Assembly: GCA_963708135.1 (NCBI GenBank)
Contig: OY970192.1
Location: 5,024,001 to 5,088,000 of the forward strand
DNA: 64,000 bases
Source: an uncultured Gemmatimonadales bacterium
GTDB taxonomy: Bacteria > Gemmatimonadota > Gemmatimonadetes > Longimicrobiales > RSA9
Direction: 5' to 3'
Shown one piece after another: positions 26,674 through 36,861 of this stretch. The notes under the pieces were generated by a model, which did no database searches, was not told the DNA's origin, and was given only the letters and a program-made list of their open reading frames with translations. The first letter of the stretch is position 1; every line of letters starts with the position of its first letter. The translations under genes and the position numbers were made by a program.

Positions 26674-28131
26674 TCATCCCCCCTCCGCCCATTTTCGCAG
26701 CCCTCCGGCTCCGCCCTTGAAGGAGTAGGCTTCGTACCCCGCCCGCTGCATGCGCTCGGCGAGGTAGGCGCTCTGGATCCCGTGGGCGCAGTAGAGGATG
26801 TACTTCGGGTCCCGGTCCAGCCGCTGGAAACGCTGTAGCAGGTCCCACTCGTCCACCCGCTCGGCGCCCGGCAGGTGCCAGGCGCGGTACTGCGGCTCGG
26901 GGCGGCAGTCGAGCACGACGGCGCCCTCGGGGACCTCGGTGGCGAAGAGGTAGGGGGCCACGAGGTCGGTCGGCGTGAGCCGTCGCAGATCGAGGACCTT
27001 GCGCCCGGCGATGGCCGCATCGAGCACGGAGAGGTCGACCTTCGACTCCTCCTCGGCCACGCGCGCGACGCTCGCGGCGGTGACCGGGTGGCCGGGCGCG
27101 ATGGCGCAGTACTCCTTCACCTGCTCGGAGAGCGCGGCGGTGCCGATGCGGCGGGCGCGCGCGATGATCTCCTCCTTGTCGAAGCCGAGCAGCGGGCGGA
27201 ATACGGGCAGGTCGGCGGCCGGCTCGATGGCGCGCAGGTTGTGCAGCGTCTGCGACGACACCTGCCCGACCGCCTCGCCCGTGATGATCGCCTGCGCGTC
27301 GAGCTCCGCGCCGACCCGCGACGCCGTGCGGTACATCAGTCGCTTGAGCACCACCTGCCAGTAGCTCTCGCGCGCGCCCTCGCGGAGCGCGCCGAGCGGG
27401 CCCGCGAAGTCGACCACGTGGAGGCGGGGGCGCGTGCCGTAGCTCCAGTCGTCGGCCAGCACCTTGGCCACCTGCACGACGGCGCGCTCGTAGGCGTCGC
27501 CGCCCAGGTTGCAGAACACGTAGTCGAGGCCGATGCCGCGCTTCAGCATGAGCCAGGCGGAGACGGCGGAGTCGAAGCCGCCGCTGATCAGCGCGAGCGC
27601 CCGCCCCTCGACGCCGACGGGGAGCCCGCCCCCGGCCTCCACGCGGCTGGTGTAGAAGTAGGCATCGCGCTCGCGCACGTCGACGCGCACCGTCGCCTCG
27701 GGGGCGCCCAGGTCCACGCCGGCGGCGTGCGGGAAGAGCGCCGCGCCGAGCGCGACCTCGACGTCCTTCGACGTGAAGTCGTGCCGCCCCGCGCGCCGGG
27801 CCCGCACCGCGAACCGCTTCCCGGCGACGTAGTCCGCGTAGCGCCGCCCGCCCTCCTCCACGATCGCGTCCAGCCGCGCCGGGACCGCCGCATCCACGGG
27901 CGAGAGCGAGCTCAGCCCGAAGACCCGCGCCAGCACCGCCGGCGCCTCGGGCGCCGCCGTGCGCACGTAGATTCGCGCCCACTCGCCCTCGAGCTGGTAC
28001 GGCGCGCCCGTCGATTCCAGCGCGTCGCGCAGGTTGCGGCGGAGCGTGCGCAGGAAGCTGCCGCGCGTGCGCTTGGATTTGATGGCCAGCTCCGCGCCGA
28101 GGCGCAGCAGGTAGAGCGTGTCCTGATGCAT
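26674..28131 (-). CDS. thiI: tRNA 4-thiouridine synthase (THUMP, PP-loop and rhodanese domains)
   Basis: AELAIKS..TR, GGLPVG.EG, LISGGFDS, TGEAVGQVSSQTL.NL, RPL.GFDK.EI, EYC, rhodanese LYCAHGIQS. Confidence 0.93.
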   Translation of the reverse strand: MHQDTLYLLRLGAELAIKSKRTRGSFLRTLRRNLRDALESTGAPYQLEGEWARIYVRTAAPEAPAVLARVFGLSSLSPVDAAVPARLDAIVEEGGRRYADYVAGKRFAVRARRAGRHDFTSKDVEVALGAALFPHAAGVDLGAPEATVRVDVRERDAYFYTSRVEAGGGLPVGVEGRALALISGGFDSAVSAWLMLKRGIGLDYVFCNLGGDAYERAVVQVAKVLADDWSYGTRPRLHVVDFAGPLGALREGARESYWQVVLKRLMYRTASRVGAELDAQAIITGEAVGQVSSQTLHNLRAIEPAADLPVFRPLLGFDKEEIIARARRIGTAALSEQVKEYCAIAPGHPVTAASVARVAEEESKVDLSVLDAAIAGRKVLDLRRLTPTDLVAPYLFATEVPEGAVVLDCRPEPQYRAWHLPGAERVDEWDLLQRFQRLDRDPKYILYCAHGIQSAYLAERMQRAGYEAYSFKGGAGGLRKWAEGG

Positions 28132-28183
28132 GGCGGAAGGTAGATCCGCCCCGCCCGGACGCAAAGGGGAGCTGCCCTCCACT

Positions 28184-28213
28184 TCCCCTTACCCTTACCC
28201 TTACCCTTACCCC
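28184..28213. repeat. Hexamer microsatellite (CCCTTA)n between divergent genes
   Basis: Four CCCTTA units followed by degenerate C-rich hexamers. Confidence 0.8.
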
Positions 28214-28369
28214 CATCCTCCCCCCCACCCTCCCCCTCACCCCCCGCCCCGAGGTGGGGCGCGCGGGGCGCCGGAGGGACTTCCGCCGCCGCCGCGGCTC
28301 CGGTTAGATTCTCCGGACGCGGCCCGCGCCGGGCCGCACCGGTCACCCTTTCACGGGCCCCCATCCATC

Positions 28370-29143
28370 ATGGCCGATCCTGCCGGGACCCACGCGCGCG
28401 GCCATCGCGCGCCGGGCCGCGCCGCCGCGGCGTCCGCCGCCGAGCGCGCGATCGGCGTCGCCCTGCGGCCGGCCATCGCCGCGGGGCTCCCGGCCGCCGT
28501 GCTGGCCTTCCTTTCGGCCGCCGTCCTCGTGCTGCTGCCCGCCGCGGCGCGCGCGCAGCGCCCCGTCGCCCTCATCGGCTCGCGCGACCGGCTGGCGGAA
28601 CAGAACCGGATGGCGGACGCGCTCGCGCTCACGCGCATGCCGAACGCCGCGGCGGTGCGCCGCATGGCGGACAGCGGCCTGCTGGTGCGCGTCCCCGGCG
28701 ATGGCGAGGGCTACGTCCTCGATGAATACCTGGGCGGGCGCTACCGTCACCGCAATGTGCTCCACTACGCCCGCCCCTGGGTGCGCGGCTTCCTCGCCCG
28801 CGAGGGGGAGCGCTTCGCCGAGGCCTTTCCCGGCGCCCGCTTCAAGGTCAGCTCGCTCATCCGCACGCTCGACTACCAGGAGCTGCTCAAGCGACGCAAC
28901 GTGAACGCCGCTCGCGGCGACGACGACGACACCCGCTCCCCGCACCTCACCGGCGCCGCGCTCGACATCTCGAAGAAGGGCCTCTCGCGCGCCCAGCTCG
29001 CTTGGTGGCGCGCCCAGCTCGTCGCGCTCCAGGACGACGGCTGGATCATCGCCGAGGAGGAGGTCCGCACCAACGCGTTCCACATCTTCGTGCACCCCGG
29101 CTACGCCCGCGTCGCGGATCCCGCCCGCGCCGGCCAGGACTAG
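28370..29143 (+). CDS. DUF5715-like secreted protein (LAS/M15-like metallopeptidase motif)
   Basis: Signal peptide; VSSLIRT..YQ..L.RRN.NAA, SPHLTGAALDISK (H-x6-D), FHI.V. Start uncertain. Confidence 0.7.
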   Translation: MADPAGTHARGHRAPGRAAAASAAERAIGVALRPAIAAGLPAAVLAFLSAAVLVLLPAAARAQRPVALIGSRDRLAEQNRMADALALTRMPNAAAVRRMADSGLLVRVPGDGEGYVLDEYLGGRYRHRNVLHYARPWVRGFLAREGERFAEAFPGARFKVSSLIRTLDYQELLKRRNVNAARGDDDDTRSPHLTGAALDISKKGLSRAQLAWWRAQLVALQDDGWIIAEEEVRTNAFHIFVHPGYARVADPARAGQD

Positions 29144-29164
29144 CCCCACACCCGCCCCGTCCCG

Positions 29165-29494
29165 CTGGCCGCCGCTCCCCGCCCGCCCTCCGACTTCACC
29201 CGCCGCGTCTGGCGCCTCGTGCGCCGGATCCCGCGCGGCAGGGCCGTGAGCTATGGCGGCGTCGCCGCGCTCCTCGGCCGCCCCCGCGCCGCCCGCGCCG
29301 TCGGCCACGCCCTCTCCGTCCTGCCCGACGACAGCGACGTTCCCTGGTGGCGCGTCGTGAACGCGCGCGGCGCCATCGCGCCCCGCCCCACTCCCCATGC
29401 CGCCGCCCTCCAGCGCGCACTCCTCGAGTCCGAGGGCATCACCTTCTCCCACGACGGCCGCCTCGACTGGGACCTCCACGGCTGGAGCGGCTGA
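29165..29494 (+). CDS. MGMT family alkyltransferase-like (ATL) protein
   Basis: DFTRRVW.LVRRIP.G...SYG.VA....PRAARAVG, VPWWRVVN (Trp in place of the catalytic Cys). Start uncertain (CTG 29165 or GTG 29219). Confidence 0.85.
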   Translation: MAAAPRPPSDFTRRVWRLVRRIPRGRAVSYGGVAALLGRPRAARAVGHALSVLPDDSDVPWWRVVNARGAIAPRPTPHAAALQRALLESEGITFSHDGRLDWDLHGWSG

Positions 29495-30036
29495 GCCGCC
29501 CCACGCTCTCTCTCTTCGCGCAACATTCGCCTTCTACTCCGGCACGCTCATTGCAACCCTCCGCACGCGTCGTTCGCGGCGCTCCAGGCTCCCGTCGGGG
29601 CAGGGGCGCCGCGCTGCTGGACAGTGCCGCGCAGTCTTCCACGCTGTCCGAAGGCGCCGGCTACGGGGGCCATGATCGAAGGCCCCGACCGTAGCTCGAT
29701 CGCCGGCCCGAAGTCCGGGCCGACCTCCCGGGCGAAGTAGTCCGAACAAGAAAACAACTCCAGAGCTGCGCGGGACCGCCGCAGGAGATGGGTCCCGCGC
29801 CGCAAGGCGGTGCAGGCGGCGGAACGCTACGGCGTCCCGCCCGTTGCGACCGCCGGGGGGGATTCCCGCGTGCCGGCGGGGGATGCCGGAGTCGCGGCAT
29901 CGCCCGGACAGGGTGGGGTGGGCGCGTTGGGGTGGCCGCGGGCACGCGGTCGAGGGGACCGAAGGGTCCCCGGCAGGTGGTGGCGGTCGGAGCCGCGGAA
30001 ACGCGGCACGGGGCAGGCCTCTTGACGGGAGCGCGC

Positions 30037-31155
30037 ATGAGCAGGACGGTGTTGATCACGGGCGGGGCGGGGTTCATCGGTTCCCACCTGGCGGACGAGC
30101 TGCTGGAGCACGGTTACGCCGTGCGGGCGCTTGACTGCCTCTCCCCGCAGGTACACGGGCCGGGCCGCGATCGCCCGGCTTATCTGCATCCGGACGTCGA
30201 GCTGGTGGTGGGGGATGTGCGCGATGCGGCCGCCGTGGACCGGGCGCTCGAGGGGGTGGACGTCGTCTACCACTTCGCCGCCCGCGTCGGCGTCGGCCAG
30301 AGCATGTACGAGGTGGCGGACTACACGGACGTCAACAACCGCGGCACCGCGGTGCTGCTCGAGCGGGTGATGGAGCGGTCGGTGGAGCGGCTGATCGTCG
30401 CCTCGAGCATGAGCCTGTACGGCGAGGGGCTGTATCGCGATGTCGGCGGCGGCGCGCACGAGCATGTCGAGCGCCCCCTGGCCCGGCTGAGGCGGGGCGA
30501 GTGGGAGCCGGTCGATCGCGCGGGCCGTCCGCTCATGCCGCTGCCGACGCCGGAGTCGAAGCCGCCCTCGCTCGCCTCGGTGTACGCGCTGTCGAAGTAC
30601 GACCAGGAGCGGCTCTGCATGATCCTGGGCCGCGCGTATGGCATCCCGACCGTGGCGCTCCGCTTCTTCAACGTGTACGGCCCGCGCCAGGCGCTGTCGA
30701 ACCCCTACACCGGCGTGCTCGCGATCTTCGCGTCCCGGCTCCTGAACGGCAGGCCGCCGCTGATCTTCGAGGATGGGCTGCAGCGCCGCGATTTCGTGAG
30801 CGTTCACGACGTCGCGACCGCCTGCCGGCTGGCGCTGGAGGTGCCCGGGGCGGCGGGCCAGGTGCTGAACGTGGGCAGCGGCGAATCGCACAGCGTGCGC
30901 GACATTGCCCGCCGCATGGGGGCGGCCATGGGGCGCCCGTTCATCGACGCCATCCGCACGGGGAAGTACCGCGCGGGCGACATCCGCCACTGCTTCGCCG
31001 ACATCGCCCGTGCCCGCGAGGTGCTCGGCTTCGAGCCGGCCGTCACGCTGGAGGACGGGCTGACGGAGCTGGCCTCGTGGCTGGAGGGGCAGGTGGCGGA
31101 GGACAGGGTCGAGCAGGCGAGCGCCGAGCTGGCGGTGAGGGGGCTCGCCGTATGA
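30037..31155 (+). CDS. NAD-dependent nucleotide-sugar epimerase/dehydratase
   Basis: TGGAGFIGSH, YALSK (YxxxK), LRFFNVYGPRQ, RDFVSV.D. Confidence 0.93.
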   Translation: MSRTVLITGGAGFIGSHLADELLEHGYAVRALDCLSPQVHGPGRDRPAYLHPDVELVVGDVRDAAAVDRALEGVDVVYHFAARVGVGQSMYEVADYTDVNNRGTAVLLERVMERSVERLIVASSMSLYGEGLYRDVGGGAHEHVERPLARLRRGEWEPVDRAGRPLMPLPTPESKPPSLASVYALSKYDQERLCMILGRAYGIPTVALRFFNVYGPRQALSNPYTGVLAIFASRLLNGRPPLIFEDGLQRRDFVSVHDVATACRLALEVPGAAGQVLNVGSGESHSVRDIARRMGAAMGRPFIDAIRTGKYRAGDIRHCFADIARAREVLGFEPAVTLEDGLTELASWLEGQVAEDRVEQASAELAVRGLAV

Positions 31156-32345
31156 GGACGACGAAACCGAAGCTCCTGGTCCACGAGGGCGCCGCTCCGC
31201 CCGGGCGCCCTCGCCCGCCGGCGCTGGTCACGGGCGGCGCGGGCTTCATCGGCTGCAACGTCGCCCACCGGCTGCTCTCGGAGGGCGTGAGCGTGGTGGT
31301 GCTCGACAACCTCTCACGCCCCGGCGTGGAGCGGAACCTCGAGTGGCTGCGCCACGAGCACGGCGACGCCGTGACCCTCGAGCTCGCCGACATCCGCGAT
31401 CCCGCGGCCGTGGCGCGCGCCGCCCGCCGCGCGGGGCAGGTGTTCCACTTCGCGGCGCAGGTCGCGGTGACCACGAGCCTGGAGGAGCCCGCGGAGGACT
31501 TCGAAGTCAACGCGCGCGGCACGCTCAACCTGCTCGAGGCGCTGCGCCGCCGCCCCGACCCGCCGCCGCTCGTCTTCACCTCGACCAATAAGGTCTATGG
31601 CGGGCTGGCCGACGTGCCCATCGTCCGCCGCGAGGGGCGCTATGCGCCCCGCTCCGAGGCGCTCGCCGCCACCGGCATCGGCGAGGACCGGCCGCTCGAC
31701 TTCCACAGCCCGTACGGCTGCTCGAAGGGCGCCGCCGACCAGTACGTGCTGGACTACGCGCGCACGTTCTCGCTGCCTGCGGTGGTCTTCCGCATGAGCT
31801 GCATCTACGGCCCCCACCAGTTCGGCACGGAGGACCAGGGCTGGGTCGCCCACTTCCTCATCCGCGCCATGGAGGACGAGCCGCTCGTGCTCTACGGCGA
31901 CGGCCGCCAGGTGCGCGATGTTCTCTTCGTGGACGACCTGGTCGATGCCTTCCTGCTGGCCCGGGCCAACATCGACGCGTTGAGCGGGCAAGCCTTCAAC
32001 ATCGGCGGCGGGCCCGAGAACACCACGAGCCTGCTCGAGCTGCTGGACCGCATCGAGGCCCTCGCCGGCGGCCGGCCCGACGTGCGCTTCGCCGACTGGA
32101 GGCCCGGCGACCAGCGCTACTACGTCTCCGACACGCGCCGCTTCCGGGCGGCGACGGGCTGGGCGCCGAAGGTCTCGGTCGATGAGGGCGTGCGCCGGCT
32201 CCACGGCTGGCTGGAGACGTTCCGGGCCGCCGAGGGCCGCGACGCGCTGCGCCTGCGCCCGATCCCGCTGGGCCGGCGCGGCCGGCCGGCGGGCGGCCGT
32301 CGCCTCGTGGAATCGGCCGGCGCCGCGGCGCTGCCGCGGGCGTGA
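31152..32345 (+). CDS. NAD-dependent epimerase (CDP-paratose 2-epimerase-like)
   Basis: TGGAGFIG, AAQVAVTTS, STNKVYG, HSPYGCSKGAADQY, RMSCIYG..QFG.EDQGWV, WRPGDQ. Confidence 0.9.
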   Translation: MRTTKPKLLVHEGAAPPGRPRPPALVTGGAGFIGCNVAHRLLSEGVSVVVLDNLSRPGVERNLEWLRHEHGDAVTLELADIRDPAAVARAARRAGQVFHFAAQVAVTTSLEEPAEDFEVNARGTLNLLEALRRRPDPPPLVFTSTNKVYGGLADVPIVRREGRYAPRSEALAATGIGEDRPLDFHSPYGCSKGAADQYVLDYARTFSLPAVVFRMSCIYGPHQFGTEDQGWVAHFLIRAMEDEPLVLYGDGRQVRDVLFVDDLVDAFLLARANIDALSGQAFNIGGGPENTTSLLELLDRIEALAGGRPDVRFADWRPGDQRYYVSDTRRFRAATGWAPKVSVDEGVRRLHGWLETFRAAEGRDALRLRPIPLGRRGRPAGGRRLVESAGAAALPRA

Positions 32346-32355
32346 GGGGGCGGCG

Positions 32356-33357
32356 ATGAGCGTCGCAAGAGCGGAGGCGGCGCGCCAGGCGGGCGCCGTC
32401 ATGCGGAGCAGCGTGCTCGCGGGGCCGCGCGCCGTCGAGACGAGGGATCTGCCGGTCCCCGAGCCGGGCCCCGGACAGGTGCGGATCCGGCTCGAGGGCT
32501 GCGGCGTGTGCGCCTCCAACCTGCCGGTCTGGGAGGGCCGGCCGTGGTTCGAGTACCCGTTGGACCCGGGCGCCCCGGGACACGAGGGGTGGGGGGTGGT
32601 GGATGCGGTGGGGGATGGGGTTGCCGGGCTCCGCCCGGGCCAGCGGGTGGCCGCGCTGAGCTATCACGCGTTCGCGGAATGCGACGTCGCCGACGCGGCC
32701 GCCGTCGTGCCGCTGCCGCCGGAGCTGGACGGCGCGCCCTTCCCGGGCGAGCCGCTCGGCTGCGCCATGAACATCCTGCGCCGGAGCGAGATCGCGGCCG
32801 GGCAGACGGTGGCGATCGTCGGCATCGGCTTCCTCGGGGCGCTGCTCACGCAGCTCGCGAGCGCGGCCGGCGCGCGCGTGATCGCCATCTCGCGGCGCCC
32901 CTTCGCCCTGGAGGTGGCCGCGGCCTGCGGCGCCGCCGAGACGCTGGCGCTGGCCACCGAGCACGGCATGGTGGTCGAGTGGGTGAAGGAGCTCACGGAC
33001 GGCGCGCTGTGTGACCGCGTCATCGAGGCCGTGGGGCTCCAGGGCCCGCTCGACCTGGCCGGCGAGCTGACGCGCGAGCGGGGGCGCCTCGTCATCGCGG
33101 GGTTCCATCAGGACGGCCCGCGGCAGGTGAACCTGCAGCTCTGGAACTGGCGCGGGCTGGACGTGGTGAACGCGCACGAGCGGCGGCGCGAGGTCTACAT
33201 CGACGGCATCCGCGCCGCGGTCGAGGCCGTGCTCTCCGGCCACCTGGACCCCCGTCCGCTGCTCACCCACACCTTCCCCGCCGCGGAGCTGGGCCGCGCC
33301 CTCGCCACCGCCGCCGAGCGGCCGGACGGATTCCTCAAGGCGCTGGTGGCGGCGTGA
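32356..33357 (+). CDS. Zinc-binding (MDR) dehydrogenase
   Basis: GVCASN, PGHEGWG, GIGFLG; lacks the four-Cys structural Zn lobe. Confidence 0.88.
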   Translation: MSVARAEAARQAGAVMRSSVLAGPRAVETRDLPVPEPGPGQVRIRLEGCGVCASNLPVWEGRPWFEYPLDPGAPGHEGWGVVDAVGDGVAGLRPGQRVAALSYHAFAECDVADAAAVVPLPPELDGAPFPGEPLGCAMNILRRSEIAAGQTVAIVGIGFLGALLTQLASAAGARVIAISRRPFALEVAAACGAAETLALATEHGMVVEWVKELTDGALCDRVIEAVGLQGPLDLAGELTRERGRLVIAGFHQDGPRQVNLQLWNWRGLDVVNAHERRREVYIDGIRAAVEAVLSGHLDPRPLLTHTFPAAELGRALATAAERPDGFLKALVAA

Positions 33358-34379
33358 TGGAGGCCCTGACCGGGAGGTCGATGATCGCCAGGAGGCACGG
33401 CCCGCGCCTGGGCTTCCTCGGCGTCGGCTGGATCGGTCGGCACCGCATGGGCGCCATCGCGGAAAGCGGCCACGGCCGCGTGGCCGCCGTCGCCGACCCG
33501 GCGCCCGAGGTGCGCCAGGCGTGCGCGCAGGTGGCGCCGGAGGCCGAGCGGGTCGGCTCGCTGGACGAGCTGCTCGAGTGCGGCGTGGACGGCATCGTCA
33601 TCGCCACGCCGAGCGCGCTGCACGCGGAGCAGGCGGTGCGGGCGCTCGAGCGCGGCATCCCCGTCTTCTGCCAGAAGCCGCTCGGCCGCACGGCCGCGGA
33701 GACGGAGCGGGTGGTGGCCGCGGCGCGCGCGGCGGACGTGCTGCTGGGCGTGGACCTGTCCTACCGCCACACGGAGGCGATGCGGCGGATCGGCGAGCGC
33801 GTCCGCTCGGGGGAGCTGGGCGAGGTGTTCGCCGCCGACCTCGTGTTCCACAACGCCTACGGCCCCGACAAGCCCTGGTTCTACGACGCCGCGCTCTCCG
33901 GCGGCGGCTGCGTGATCGACCTCGGCATCCACCTCGTGGACCTCGCCCTCTGGGTGCTCGGGTCCGGCGGCGTGCGGGTCATCTCGAGCCGGCTCTACGC
34001 CTCGGGGCGGCCGCTGCCGAAGCCGGTCGCGCAGGTCGAGGACTACGCCGTCGCCACGCTCGAGATGGAGAGCGGCGCCGTGGTGCGGCTCGCCTGCTCG
34101 TGGAACCTCTCCGCGGGCCGCGACGCAGTGATCGAGGCGGCCTTCTGGGGTACCGGCGGCGGCGCCGTGATGCGCAACCTGAACGGCTCCTTCTACGACT
34201 TCGCCGCCGAGGCGTGCCACGGCACCGCGCGCGAGACGCTGGCCGCTCCGCCGGACGCCTGGGGCGGCCGCGCCGCCGTGGACTGGGCGCAGCGCCTCGC
34301 CGACGGCGCGTGCTTCGACCCCTCCATCGAGCGCGTGGTGGATGTGGCGCGCGTGCTGGACGGGATCTACGGCCGATGA
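33357..34379 (+). CDS. Gfo/Idh/MocA family oxidoreductase
   Basis: GFLGVGWIG, IATP.ALH, CQKP, GGG..IDLGIH.VD. Start uncertain. Confidence 0.9.
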   Translation: MEALTGRSMIARRHGPRLGFLGVGWIGRHRMGAIAESGHGRVAAVADPAPEVRQACAQVAPEAERVGSLDELLECGVDGIVIATPSALHAEQAVRALERGIPVFCQKPLGRTAAETERVVAAARAADVLLGVDLSYRHTEAMRRIGERVRSGELGEVFAADLVFHNAYGPDKPWFYDAALSGGGCVIDLGIHLVDLALWVLGSGGVRVISSRLYASGRPLPKPVAQVEDYAVATLEMESGAVVRLACSWNLSAGRDAVIEAAFWGTGGGAVMRNLNGSFYDFAAEACHGTARETLAAPPDAWGGRAAVDWAQRLADGACFDPSIERVVDVARVLDGIYGR

Positions 34380-35731
34380 GGGTGCTCGCGACGGTGGACA
34401 CGGTGGGTGGCGTCTGGAGCTACGCCCTCGAGCTGGCGCGGGCGCTCGCGCCGGAGGGCGTCGCCTTCCACCTGGCCGCCATGGGCGCCCCGGCCTCGGA
34501 GGCGCAACGCGCCGAGGCGGCCGCCGCCGGCAACGTCACCCTGCACGAGAGCGCCTACCGGCTGGAGTGGATGCCGGACCCCTGGGACGATGTGAAGGAG
34601 GCGGGAGGATGGCTGCTCGAGCTGGAGGCAACGCTGGCGCCGGACCTCGTCCACCTGAACGGCTACGCGCACGGGGCGCTGCCCTGGGCTTCACCCCTGC
34701 TGGTCGTCGGGCATTCAGACGTGCTCTCCTGGTGGCGGGCCGTCCACCGCGAGCCGCCGCCGCCGGAGTGGACCCGCTACCGGGATGCGGTCCGGCGCGG
34801 GCTCCACTCGGCCGACCTGGTGGTGGCGCCGTCGGCCGCGATGCTGGACGCGCTGCGCCGCCACTACGGCCCGCTGCCGCCCTCCCGCGTGATCTACAAC
34901 GGCCGCTCCCCGGCGCAGGCGACGCCGGCTGAGAAGCGCCCCGTCGTCCTCGCCGCCGGCCGCCTCTGGGACGAGGCCAAGAACCTCGCCGCCCTCGCCG
35001 CCATCGCGCCCGAGCTGCCCTGGCCCGTGCTCGTGGCCGGAGACGAGGCTCCGCCCGACCGCCGGGCTGCAGAGTGGGAGAGTGGGAGAGTGGCAGACCG
35101 GGCGACGATTGCGGGGGCCGATGGTGCCGGGCCTGGCCGGCCGCGCGGCGGCCGCGCGGCCGGAGATGCCGCCGCGCCGGAATCGCACGCCGGCCGGGTC
35201 CCCTGCGCGGCGCCGGGATCGTCTTCGGGCCCGGCAACCCGGACGGGCGAGCAGCGGCCGGCCCCGTCTTCCACTCCCCCACTCCCCCACTCTCCCATCC
35301 AGCACCTGGGCCGCCTGCCCCAGGATGCTCTCGCCAGCGAGATGCAGACTGCCTCGACCTTCGCCGCTCCCGCGCTCTACGAGCCCTTCGGGCTGGCGGC
35401 GCTCGAGGCCGGCCTGGCGGGCTGCGCGCTCGTGCTCGGCGACATCCCGAGCTACCGCGAGATCTGGGGCGATGCGGCGCTGCGCGTCGATCCCCGCCGC
35501 CCGGACGCGCTGCGCGACGCGCTGCTGCGCCTGATCGAGGACGAGGCGCTCCGCCGCGAGATGGGCGAGCGCGCGCGCCGGCGCGCGCTCGGCTTCTCGC
35601 GGGACCGCCTCGGCCGGGGTTACGCCGCGGCCTACGCCCGCCTCCTGTCCCTGCCCGGGCGGGGCCGGCGGCGGGCGTCCTGGACGGGCGCGCCGCCGCC
35701 GCCCGCGGATGAGAGCGGGGTGGCCGTATGA
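34376..35731 (+). CDS. GT4 glycosyltransferase carrying an in-frame repeat-element insertion
   Basis: MRVL.T.D.VGGVW.Y, AAGRLWDEAKN, YEPFGLAALEA; ~75-aa low-complexity stretch at about 35068-35296. Confidence 0.9.
   Translation: MRVLATVDTVGGVWSYALELARALAPEGVAFHLAAMGAPASEAQRAEAAAAGNVTLHESAYRLEWMPDPWDDVKEAGGWLLELEATLAPDLVHLNGYAHGALPWASPLLVVGHSDVLSWWRAVHREPPPPEWTRYRDAVRRGLHSADLVVAPSAAMLDALRRHYGPLPPSRVIYNGRSPAQATPAEKRPVVLAAGRLWDEAKNLAALAAIAPELPWPVLVAGDEAPPDRRAAEWESGRVADRATIAGADGAGPGRPRGGRAAGDAAAPESHAGRVPCAAPGSSSGPATRTGEQRPAPSSTPPLPHSPIQHLGRLPQDALASEMQTASTFAAPALYEPFGLAALEAGLAGCALVLGDIPSYREIWGDAALRVDPRRPDALRDALLRLIEDEALRREMGERARRRALGFSRDRLGRGYAAAYARLLSLPGRGRRRASWTGAPPPPADESGVAV
35068..35296. repeat. 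Octamer-armed repeat element inserted in frame in the GT4 gene
   Basis: (GAGTGGGA)n left arm and (CCACTCCC)n right arm; 35096-35116 is the reverse complement (20/21) of 52160-52180 and 59009-59029. Confidence 0.85.
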
Positions 35732-36861
35732 AGGTCGCGCTCTTCTATCACTCGCTCGTCTCCGACTGGAACCACGGCAACGCCCACTTCCTGCGCGGCG
35801 TGGTGGGAGAGCTGCAGGCGCGCGGCTGCGAGGTCGCCGTGCACGAGCCGGTCGACGGCTGGAGCCGCGCGAACCTCGTGGCCGAGCACGGCACCGGGCC
35901 GATCCGCGCGTTCCACGCGGCCTTCCCGGGCCAGCGCAGCACCCCCTACGAGCTGGAGACGCTGGACCTCGACGCCGCGCTGGACGGCGCCGACCTCGTC
36001 CTCGTGCACGAGTGGAACGAGCCCGAGCTCGTGGCGCGCGTGGGTGCGCATCGCGCCGTGAACGGCGGCTACACGCTCCTCTTCCACGACACGCACCACC
36101 GCGCCGTCACCGCGCCGGAGGAGATGAAGCGCTACGACCTCCGCCACTACGACGGCGTGCTGGCCTTCGGCCGCGTGATCCGCGATCTGTACCTGCGTCG
36201 CGGCTGGGCCGAGCGCGCGTGGGTGTGGCACGAGGCGGCGGACACGCGCGTGTTCCGGCCGGCCGAGGAGACGGCGACGGAGCACGGCGGCGCGCAGGGC
36301 GATGTCGTCTGGATCGGCAACTGGGGAGATGGCGAGCGCTCGCGCGAGCTGCGCACCTTCCTGATCGATCCGATCCACGAGCTCGGGCTGCGCGCCCACG
36401 TGCACGGCGTGCGCTACCCGGCGCGCGCCCTCAAGCTGCTGCGGGCCGCGGGCATCGAGTACGGCGGCTGGGTGCCGAACCACCGTGTGCCGCAGGTCTT
36501 CGCCGGCTTCCGCGCCACCGTGCACGTGCCGCGGCGGCCGTACGTCCGCGCGCTGCCGGGCATCCCGACGATCCGCGTCTTCGAGGCGCTGGCGTGCGGG
36601 ATCCCGCTCGTGTCGGCGCCCTGGCGCGACTGCGAGGGGCTCTTCGTCCCCGGCCGCGACTTCCTCGTGGCCCGCGACGGCGAGGAGATGCGTCGGCAGC
36701 TGCGCGCGGTGATCGAGAACCAGGGCCTCGCCCGCCACCTCGCCGCGCAGGGGCTGGCCACCATCCGCGCCGGCCACACCTGCGGCCACCGCGTGGACGA
36801 GCTGCTCCGCATCCACGCCTCGCTCCGACCCACGCCCCCCCGACCCGCGGTGCATGCATGA
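35728..36861 (+). CDS. CgeB family glycosyltransferase
   Basis: SL.SDWNHGNAHFLRG, FHDTHHR, IPTIRVFEALACG, HTC.HRV.EL. Confidence 0.85.
   Translation: MKVALFYHSLVSDWNHGNAHFLRGVVGELQARGCEVAVHEPVDGWSRANLVAEHGTGPIRAFHAAFPGQRSTPYELETLDLDAALDGADLVLVHEWNEPELVARVGAHRAVNGGYTLLFHDTHHRAVTAPEEMKRYDLRHYDGVLAFGRVIRDLYLRRGWAERAWVWHEAADTRVFRPAEETATEHGGAQGDVVWIGNWGDGERSRELRTFLIDPIHELGLRAHVHGVRYPARALKLLRAAGIEYGGWVPNHRVPQVFAGFRATVHVPRRPYVRALPGIPTIRVFEALACGIPLVSAPWRDCEGLFVPGRDFLVARDGEEMRRQLRAVIENQGLARHLAAQGLATIRAGHTCGHRVDELLRIHASLRPTPPRPAVHA

Noticed and set aside
26128..26838. Pentapeptide-repeat ORFs (EAALL/EAARP, VVPPQ, VVPQS)
   Set aside because: These are translations of 15-bp DNA repeats open in several frames on both strands, with no convincing RBS or start.
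28184..28213. (CCCTTA)n as a telomere seed
   Set aside because: Only four units, internal and intergenic; one of many simple repeats here.
29495..30036. Short ORFs in the gap before the glycan operon
   Set aside because: No motifs or consistent codon bias; treated as regulatory/intergenic.
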